Below the pieces are notes generated by a model. The model saw only the letters and a list, made by a program, of their open reading frames with translations, ran no database searches and was not told the DNA's origin. The position numbers and the translations under genes were made by a program. 25,750 bases of DNA from the NCBI GenBank assembly GCA_964014485.1, contig CAXHAT010000114.1, positions 1-25,750 of the forward strand. The letters run 5' to 3'. Source of the stretch: an uncultured Deferribacteres bacterium. GTDB taxonomy: Bacteria; Zhuqueibacterota; Zhuqueibacteria; Zhuqueibacterales; Geothermadaptataceae. This document shows positions 18,901-24,900 of this stretch, piece by piece. The stretch's first letter is position 1; each line of letters opens with the position of its first letter.

Positions 18901-21180
18901 TTGCATTTGGTACAAGCATTGGGAAGGGCTGATTTGGCGCCGCCGGTTTGGTTGGCGACGCGGCAGGCGCAGGGGGTGGTCTCGGACGATCCCGTTGATG
19001 GTTTTTCTGCCGCGACGCTTTGGGGAATGGGCAAGGTGATCACGATGGAGCATCCTGAGTTGCAGTGCGTGCGGCTTGATCTGGACGACGATTCGCCGGA
19101 AGCACAAGCGACGCAAATTTTTGCCGAAACCTGCGACGGCGATGACGAAAATCAAATCGCGTATCGCGACGGCAAACGTTTCTCGGCGCGATTGACGCGC
19201 ACGGATTTTTCAAAAACAATTCAAGCAAAAGAAGTACGTCCGGAAGACAATCCGGTGCAGCTCGTGGTCAAAACGCCGGGCATTTTGGACGATCTCACGT
19301 TCACGCCGCAGCAGCGCGTTTTTCCAAAACCCGATGAAGTCGAAATTCGCGTTTGTGCAACCGGGTTGAATTTCCGCGACGTTTTGAACGCTCTGGGGAT
19401 GCGGGACGACGATGATCCGCTGGGCGGCGAAGTGGCGGGGATCGTCACGCGCGTCGGCGAAAATGTGCGGGATTTGGACATTGGCGATGAAATTGTCGCC
19501 GTGACTTCGGGCGGATTCAGCACGTTCGTCAACGCTGATAAAACGCTGGTTTTGCAGAAGCCGGAAAATCTGAGTTTTGAAGACGCGGCGACCTTGCCGC
19601 TGGCGTTTTTGACGGCGCAATACGCGCTGTTTAATATTGGCAATTTGCAAAAAGGCGAACGCATTTTGATCCACGCAGCGGCTGGCGGCGTCGGCCTGGC
19701 GGCGGTGCAATTGGCGCAAAAAGCAGGCGCTGAGATTTTTGCTACGGCGGGAAATCCCGAAAAACGCGAGTTTCTAAAATCGCTTGGCGTGAAACACGTG
19801 ATGAATTCACGCACGCTCGATTTTGCCGAAGAAATTGTGCAAATCACCGGCGGCGAGGGCGTGGATGCGGTGTTGAATTCATTGACCGATGATTTTATCC
19901 CGAGAAGTCTGGAATTGCTGCGTGAGGACGGACGCTTCCTGGAAATCGGCAAAAAAGAAATTTGGGACGATGCGCGAGTCGCCGCAGTGAATTCGAGAGC
20001 GCATTATTTTGCCGCCGATTTGGCGGAGAAAATCATCACGGATCCAGCAGCGGTGCGGCCGATTTTTGTCGAGATTTTGGTCCGCCTCGGACGCAGCGAA
20101 TTGGCGCCGTTGAACAAACACATTTTTGCATTTGAAAAAGCGCCGGAGGCCTTCCGGTTTATGGCGCAAGCGCGGCATATGGGGAAGGTTGTGGTTTCGC
20201 AAGACATAGAGTTTTTGAACGAACTAAACCTTTCGGCTGAGTCATTCCCGCGCAGGCGGGAATCCAGTTCTCACGGCGCCCAAATAGATTCCCGCCTACG
20301 CGGGAATGACGTGTTGGGAGAGGCCGAGAATGATAAAAGCGGGACAGTTTCCGGTTTGGTGAAAAGTTCCGACACGTTTCGAACCGCCGCGACTTACCTC
20401 ATCACCGGCGGGATGAAGGGGATTGGCTTGTTGGTCGCGGAATGGATGGTTGAGAAGGGTGCGCGGCATTTGATTTTGACCGGACGGAGTGCGCCGGATG
20501 AATACGCCGAAGAAGTCATCGCAAAATTGGTCGAGCAGGGCGCTGAGATTCGCACGGTGCGCGGCGACGTTTCGGACGCTCAGCATGTTGCGGACGGGAT
20601 GGCTGTGATCGAGCACGAATTGCCGCCGCTGAAGGGTGTTTTTCACTCGGCGGGCGTGCTGGCGGACGGCGTGCTGTTGCAGCAGGATTGGGAACGCTAT
20701 CTCAAAGTTTACGGTGCGAAAGTGCAAGGCGCGTGGAATTTGCATCAATATACGCAAGCCTTTGATCTCGATTTTTTCGTGTTGTTTTCATCGATTTCCG
20801 GTTTGTTGGGATCGTCCGGCCAGAGCAACCACGCAGCGGCGAATGCGTTTATGGACGCGCTTTGTGCATTCCGGCGCGCGCGGAATTTGCCTGCGATGAG
20901 CATCAATTGGGGCGTGTGGTCGGAGATTGGCGCGGCGGCGCGCCACGGCGTGGATGCGCGCGTAACGATGCAGGGCATGCAAAGCTTTACACCGCAGCAA
21001 GGCCTCGATACGCTCGAAATCCTGATGAAAAACCAGCCCGTGCAGTGCGCAGTGATGCCGGTGCATTGGCCGAGACTTTTGCAGACTTTTGATCGGCCAA
21101 AAGAGCAAGCCTTTTTCGAAAGATTGGCGGCGGAATCGCTGCGGCAAACGGAGATTTCTGAAGAGCCGAAAAAGCGTTAA
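12934..21180 (+). CDS. Type I modular PKS (PKS-3): docking-KS-AT-DH-cMT-psiKR-ER-KR, ending at an apparently premature TAA before the ACP
   Basis: ATG 12934 gives MTRTTNTQQELSP, similar to the PKS-2 N-terminus. KS DTACSSS, HGTGT, NVGH; AT GHSVG, VSHAFHS; DH DHEVHGAIVLP, HPVLLDAC; MT LEVGAGTGG; ER LIHAAAGGVG; KR TGGMKGIG, AGVLAD. Confidence 0.96.
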   Translation: MTRTTNTQQELSPLKRAFLKIEELERKLKSAQDAAVHEPIAIIGMACRFPGGCDTPEKFWQLLRDGRDAVGDIPSERWDVDALYDPDPNAPGKIFTRRGAFLKNVDHFDPQFFGVSPREAMSLDPQQRLLLETAWEALENAGQAPDALKESLTGVFLAMCKTDYAELQLATNDPVFLDTYYASGNAYSTAAGRIAYILGLQGACLTVDTACSSSLVATHLACRSLRARESNLALVGGVNLVLSPNNTITFSKSSMLAADGRCKTFDASADGFVQGEGCAMIALKRLSDAQKDGDPIMAVIRGTAINQDGASSGLTAPNGSSQQAVINTALRDAGLQPRDVDYVETHGTGTSLGDPIEVQALGAALGKGRPSENPLLLGAVKSNVGHLEACAGLAGLFKLVLSLQNRQLPASLHFNKPNPFIPWQKLPVKVVTELSDWQAHDGKRRGGLSAFGFSGTNAHVIVEEYCDDTPVERAPSHPAQILTLSAFDKKALDAQVERFCTEFSPNRRDAFESGEIPKDTLKRELHTFGDICFSANTGRADLQHRIALQAKDFKELKNKLAELKNDELPDGVVRGVLESPDKPKLAFLFTGQSSQYAGMGRKLYETEPVFRQALDQCAAILRDELDAPFLEVVFDEDSEINSVFDEVGTSGKPTPKPSPEGNLDASRSGVIDQTAYTQPALFAIEYALAQLWLSWGIKPDALMGHSVGEYVAACVAGIFGLEDGLRLIAARGRLMQNLPQDGAMVAVFAPEEITRGELHGFEDRLSVAALNGPENTVISGEKGAIDEILKSFDKNEIKYKALTVSHAFHSPLMAPMLDEFEKIATGVKFLPPKIGLVSNLTGKIEPGKTFADPKYWRRHIRDAVQFLPSMQFLEAKGYRHFLEIGPHPTLSGMGARCVENSCEWLPSLRRGRDDFETILTAVQKLYVQGFNIDWDGFYQHEKHRKVRLPNYPFNRKPYWYTALSSGGQESAAANLSVVADKNVHPILGRRLNTPTLNDILFESQISLATAPFVADHEVHGAIVLPGAAYFEILASAADQVFGKGAHIIEALDLREALVLDEKSQRTVQVVFSPEKDGEIASKNGAADAARSLKFQIISFENDLDEEAPEWTIHAAGKIQESLQHVIPAPNKSGGIQNEQRSLDSRLRGNDVSLDAERPSMHDDGDRRHETDEASKTRESSPLRRGAGGDVNKRSHSSPTPKNIPLTPFEGGMTGAPSARSMDSSRLIRDGNDVLVGIRESLTQEVSHEVFYADLHERGLNFGDLFHGVQKVWRADGQALAEIQLPEVLAAEQSRYKMHPVLLDACLQIIGTATHGWGGEDDAKDVYMPLGAGRISIFESPQGTTLFSHAELESGDATGGDTMSATVKIYDENGEPVALVERLQLKRVTADQLRQSMRANYDDWFYHVDWEEKPLAEKPTARRVDFVPESAKLGEIMLPELQKLTDEFGMRRYDDLLPLLDKLGFAYIVEAFKSWGFEFSEGQKITAEDAAKKCGIIEQHQGLFVRLLEILAEENILNRENDGWVVCEAPEIAAPETLFKEIAEEYNVEQPELIFIRRGGEKLAEVLRGEYDPLQVLFPGGSHEIADRLYQESPGARVYNSVAKRALAEVVDNLPKDRKIRVLEVGAGTGGTTSFILDAFPSDRTEYVFTDVGAAFLPKAREKFGEYSFVEYKVLDIERDPLAQGFEANSFDLVISANCVHATRDLTETLAHIRQLMAPSGLLMLLEGIQPQRWIDLTFGLTDGWWRFTDTDVRENYPLIGHHEWSSLFTKIGFEDVQTIPGEDENSRALLQNAIHVARAPKAAFASNEGLSKGRWLIFANNDDAGEKLAGQLENERGEEAVIVFPGNEFELESDGRFSIDPANAEHYQRLFAEAFVEREIACAGVVHLWGLDAASSTSFPRRRESMSVFRELDFRLRGNDVVEKTEKNVSLAPGFSPVKSGNRPLFIPPRRRGGIEGEKALHRNPALKSGANEKEANVIDSQDLSSRSVLHLVQALGRADLAPPVWLATRQAQGVVSDDPVDGFSAATLWGMGKVITMEHPELQCVRLDLDDDSPEAQATQIFAETCDGDDENQIAYRDGKRFSARLTRTDFSKTIQAKEVRPEDNPVQLVVKTPGILDDLTFTPQQRVFPKPDEVEIRVCATGLNFRDVLNALGMRDDDDPLGGEVAGIVTRVGENVRDLDIGDEIVAVTSGGFSTFVNADKTLVLQKPENLSFEDAATLPLAFLTAQYALFNIGNLQKGERILIHAAAGGVGLAAVQLAQKAGAEIFATAGNPEKREFLKSLGVKHVMNSRTLDFAEEIVQITGGEGVDAVLNSLTDDFIPRSLELLREDGRFLEIGKKEIWDDARVAAVNSRAHYFAADLAEKIITDPAAVRPIFVEILVRLGRSELAPLNKHIFAFEKAPEAFRFMAQARHMGKVVVSQDIEFLNELNLSAESFPRRRESSSHGAQIDSRLRGNDVLGEAENDKSGTVSGLVKSSDTFRTAATYLITGGMKGIGLLVAEWMVEKGARHLILTGRSAPDEYAEEVIAKLVEQGAEIRTVRGDVSDAQHVADGMAVIEHELPPLKGVFHSAGVLADGVLLQQDWERYLKVYGAKVQGAWNLHQYTQAFDLDFFVLFSSISGLLGSSGQSNHAAANAFMDALCAFRRARNLPAMSINWGVWSEIGAAARHGVDARVTMQGMQSFTPQQGLDTLEILMKNQPVQCAVMPVHWPRLLQTFDRPKEQAFFERLAAESLRQTEISEEPKKR
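14432..14513. repeat. Family E doublet, in-frame in the PKS-3 KS-AT linker
   Basis: GTACGGAGTTCAGCCCGAACCGTCGGGATG ... ACACGCTAAAGCGTGAACTCCATAC; terminal inverted repeat GTACGGAGTTCA / TGAACTCCATAC. Confidence 0.82.
14889..14936. repeat. Family C element plus GGACGC hairpin, in-frame in the PKS-3 AT loop
   Basis: ACCCACCCCTAAACCCTCCCCGGAGGGGAATT then GGACGCTTCGCGTTC; homologous to 8547-8598. Confidence 0.88.
16300..16635. mobile_element. 336 bp nested MITE-like composite with 41 bp terminal inverted repeats, in-frame in the PKS-3 DH
   Basis: 16300-16340 and 16595-16635 are inverted repeats matching at 40/41. The interior holds a family A arm (16360-16383), family D (16392-16440) and a family B doublet (16470-16567). 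Mobility as a single unit is inferred. Confidence 0.8.
18624..18693. repeat. Family A palindromic doublet (70 bp), in-frame in the PKS-3 psiKR
   Basis: GTCATTCCCGCGCAGGCGGGAATC, 22 nt, then GATTTCCGCCTGCGCGGGAATGAC. Confidence 0.95.
18719..18853. repeat. Family F REPIN-like doublet (135 bp) with a central perfect 28 bp palindrome, in-frame in the PKS-3 psiKR
   Basis: TCTCATTAGCACCGGGCTTCAGCCCGGTG ... TATTCCGCCCCGCCGGCGGGGCGGAATA (18771-18798) ... CCCCGCTCTAAAGAGCGGGGCTAATGAGA. Confidence 0.88.
20241..20310. repeat. Family A palindromic doublet (70 bp), in-frame in the PKS-3 ER-KR linker
   Basis: GTCATTCCCGCGCAGGCGGGAATC, 22 nt, then GATTCCCGCCTACGCGGGAATGAC; same linker as the 4769 copy in PKS-1. 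Confidence 0.95.
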
Positions 21181-21597
21181 AAAAACATCCGCGAGCAATT
21201 AGAAAAAGCGACCCCGGCGCGGCGCAGAAAGATGCTGCAAGCTTTTGTCGAGCAAAAAGTGCTGAAAGTGCTGGTGCTGGACGACGATCACGAAATCGGC
21301 GAGAAGCAGCCGCTCACGGACATGGGGCTGGATTCGCTGATGGCGGTGGAATTGCGCAATCTGCTCGGCGCCGGACTCGCCTTGGAACGCGCCCTGCCCG
21401 CCACGCTGGTTTTCGACTATCCCACGACTTCGGCGATCACGCAATTTCTGGAAAAAGAGTTGTTTGGCGATACAAAGAAGGAAGCCGTTGACGAAGTCGC
21501 CACGAAAGAATCGTCCGGCGCGCTCGATATGCTGGAACAGCTCGAGTCTCTCTCCGACGACGAAGTTGATCAACTATTTTCTAAAGAATTGAAGTAG
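21181..21597 (+). CDS. ACP plus C-terminal docking region of PKS-3, in the same frame after the TAA (possible restart at ATG 21232)
   Basis: KNIREQLEKATPARRRKMLQAFV...GLDSLMAVELRN...FDYPT...LSDDEVDQLF aligns with PKS-1 VKIREQLADAAPEK...GLDSLMAVELRN. Confidence 0.9.
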   Translation, partial: KNIREQLEKATPARRRKMLQAFVEQKVLKVLVLDDDHEIGEKQPLTDMGLDSLMAVELRNLLGAGLALERALPATLVFDYPTTSAITQFLEKELFGDTKKEAVDEVATKESSGALDMLEQLESLSDDEVDQLFSKELK

Positions 21598-21681
21598 AGC
21601 TGACAAAATAATTGAAGTCAAAACGAATTTATTGTTTTGACTTATTACTACCCGACACATTTTGACTGGCCTTAAATATTT

Positions 21682-21829
21682 CACCCCTTCGGGGTTTGAA
21701 AATTGTAGAACCAGATTCTTTCTATAATCATATCATCCCTTCGGGATTGTCGCCTCAGAAAATCCCGAAGGGATGACATGATTATAGAAAATAGTGGACG
21801 TTGTCATGTGGTCAAACCCCGAAGGGGTG
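21682..21829. repeat. Intergenic 148 bp REPIN/MITE-like long hairpin (family G)
   Basis: Outer inverted repeat CACCCCTTCGGGGTTTGA / TCAAACCCCGAAGGGGTG (18/18); inner inverted repeat 21719-21748 / 21761-21790 (29/30); each arm carries a CCC-TTC-GGG mini-hairpin. Confidence 0.9.
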
Positions 21830-21914
21830 GCACTCTTTAACGCGCAAAAGGTGTGTAGGCCGGTTAGCTTTGACCTCGATCATTTTGCTACCCTAAGAAT
21901 TAAAGGACGCTTGA

Positions 21915-24900
21915 ATGAGCCAATTGCTGGAACGATTACAGAATTTATCTCCGAAACGTCTGGCGCTGCTGGTGATGGAACTGCAGAAGCGTTTGGATAC
22001 GCAGGAAGAGACGCGACGCGAGCCGATTGCGATCATCGGGTTGGGCTGCCGTTTCCCCGGCGAGGCGGATTCGCCCGAAGCGTACTGGAGTCTCCTCAAA
22101 AACGGCGTGGACGCCATCTCAGAAGTTCCCGCCGACCGCTGGGACGCGGAAGCGCTCTACGATCCCGACCCGCAAGCGCCTGGAAAAATGTACACCAAAT
22201 GGGGCGGGTTCATCAAAAACGTCGATCAGTTCGATCCCTACTTTTTTGGCGTCTCGCCGCGCGAAGCGGTGACGATGGATCCCCAGCAACGGCTCCTGCT
22301 CGAAGTCACCTGGGAAACGCTGGAGCACGCCGGGCACGCGCCGTCGTCTTTGGAAGGCTCAAAAACAGGCGTGTTCGTCGGCATTGCCAGCGGCGATTAC
22401 CGCAATTGGGTCGCGAAAATGGGCGTGGAAAATTACGACACCTACGTTTCGACCGGCGGCTCCCACGCGATTGCTTCCGGACGGCTGTCGTACGTTCTCG
22501 GCTTGCAAGGCCCCAGCGTTTCGCTCGATACGGCGTGCTCGTCCTCGCTCACCGCGATTCATTTGGCGTGCCTGAGTCTGCGCGCGGGCGATTGTAATAT
22601 GGCCTTGGCGGGCGGCGTGAATCTCATGCTTTCGCCGGAAATTTCCATCATGCTTTCTCGCGCGACGATGCTCTCGCCGGACGGCCGCTGCAAAACTTTC
22701 GACGCTTCGGCGGACGGCTTTACCCGCGCGGAAGGCTGCGGCATGATCGCGCTAAAACGTCTCTCGGACGCACAGCGCGATGGTGACAATATTCTGGCCT
22801 GCATTCTCGGTTCCGCCGTCAATCAGGACGGGCGTAGCAGCGGAATCACCGCGCCGAACGGGCCGTCGCAGGAGAACGTCATTCGCCAGGCGCTGAAAGA
22901 TGCGGACATTTCGCCGGAAATGGTGAGCTATATTGAAGCGCACGGCACGGGCACTTCACTCGGCGATCCGATTGAAGTGCAAGCATTGGGGAGCGTTTTT
23001 GGCAAGAGCCATTCGCAGGATGATCCGTTGCTAATCGGATCGGTTAAGACAAACTTTGGACATCTCGAAGCCGCCGCAGGAGTTGCCGGATTGGCGAAGG
23101 TCATTCTTGCACTTCAAAATCGAGAAATTCCCAAGCATCTACATTTTAATGAGGCGAGTCCGTACATCCCGTGGGCGGAGGTTCCGGCGAAAGTCGCGGC
23201 AGAGCACCAAGACTGGGTTGAGAGAAACGGTCGGCGAATTGCCGGGCTCAGCTCTTTCGGATTTAGCGGGACGAATGGACACATTTTGCTTGAGGCTGCG
23301 CCTCGCGGAGAACGGAAGACGGAGACGGAAGGACGCAGGATTCTGCATTTGCTGTGTTTGTCGGCGCAGAGCGAGGGAGCGTTGGATGCGCGTTCCGGAC
23401 AAATGGCGGAGTTTTTTGATGAGAATGACGCAGGCGGAAACACGCTAAAGCGTGAACTCCGTACTTTTGCCGATATTTGTTTTACGGCCAACGCGGGGCG
23501 GTCGCATTTTAATCAGCGGTTTGCCGTGATTGCCGAGAACACGGATTCGGCAAGAGAAAAACTGGCGGCTTGGCGGCAGGGCGGGGAAGATGTCGCTGTT
23601 TTTTCCGGGAAAGCGACCGGTGCAAAAAGCAAAGACGTTGCGTTTCTTTTTACCGGGCAAGGCGCGCAATACGTTGGCATGGCGAAAGAACTTTACGAGA
23701 CGCAGCCGGTTTTTCGGGATGCGTTGGATCGGTGTGCGGAGATTTTGAAGGCGCATTTGGACAAGCCGCTGATTGAAATCATTTTTGACGAACAAGCTCT
23801 CGAAACAGTCATTCCCGTCCCGAATAAGTCGGGAGGAATCCAGAATGAGCACCGCCCTATAGATTCCCGCCTGCGCGGGAATGACAGGGTGGGAGACGGC
23901 GGAAATGTCGCTCGTTCTCGTGACGACGGTCTCCGTCGTCACGCACACAAGGACGCTCCGCGTCCTGTCACTAGCCTCATTAACCAAACCGTGTACACCC
24001 AACCCGCGCTTTTCGCTGTCGAGTATGCATTGGCGCAGTTGTGGACGTCGTGGGGCGTGCGACCGACGGTGGTGATGGGGCACAGCGTCGGCGAGTATGT
24101 CGCGGCGTGTGTGGCCGGGGCTTTTAGTCTCGAAGACGGCTTGAAATTGATCGCCAAACGGGGGCGATTGATGCAATCGCTGCCGGAAAATGCCGGCGGC
24201 ATGGTCGCGGTTTTCGCCGAAGAAAAAACGGTGTGCGAGTTTCTGAACGGGTTTGAAAAAAGCGTCGATATCGCGGCGTTGAACGGGCCGGAAAACACGG
24301 TGATTTCAGGCGAAAACGGCGCTCTTGATGAAATCCTGCAAAAGCTTGATGCAGCGGGCCTGAAGTACAAAGCATTGACCGTTTCGCACGCTTTTCATTC
24401 ACCGCAAATGGAGCCGGTTCTCGAAGAATTTGGAAAAGCGGCGGCGAGCGTTGAATTTCACGAGCCAGAGATCGATTTGATTTCGAACGTCACCGGCCAG
24501 CCCGCGACATTTGAAGAGATCAGCGATCCGAAATACTGGCAAAAACACATTCGTCAGCCGGTGCGCTTTGCCGACTCGATTCGCACGATTCAAAAGCAAA
24601 AAGTGAACATTTTTCTGGAAATCGGCCCACACCCGACGCTTTTGGGCATGGCGCAGCGTTGCATTGAAGAAGAAAAAATGGTCTGGCTGCCGTCCTTGCG
24701 CAAAGGCCGCGACGATTGGCGGCAATTGCTCGAAAGCGCGGCGAAGCTCTACATTGCCGGCCTTGATCTTGACTGGGCGAGCTTTGAAAAACCACACAAT
24801 CGCCGCCGCGTGCCGCTGCCGACGTATCCGTTCGAGCGCCAGCGCTACTGGATCGATCCGCCAAAAGCGAGCGCGGTTTCTTTCGCGGCAGAAGATGCGG

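Noticed and set aside
4180..19920. Nucleotide similarity between the PKS-1 and PKS-3 ER regions and among AT active-site regions
   Set aside because: Expected paralogy of duplicated PKS modules, not a separate repeat element.
21794..22597. 267-aa + strand ORF in the track
   Set aside because: It starts inside a palindromic repeat and overlaps, out of frame, the real PKS-4 KS that starts at 21915.
3431..23885. Family A and D repeats as a CRISPR array, since they superficially resemble type I-E/I-C repeats
   Set aside because: Copies are dispersed inverted doublets inside genes, not tandem direct repeats with regular spacers, and no cas genes are present.
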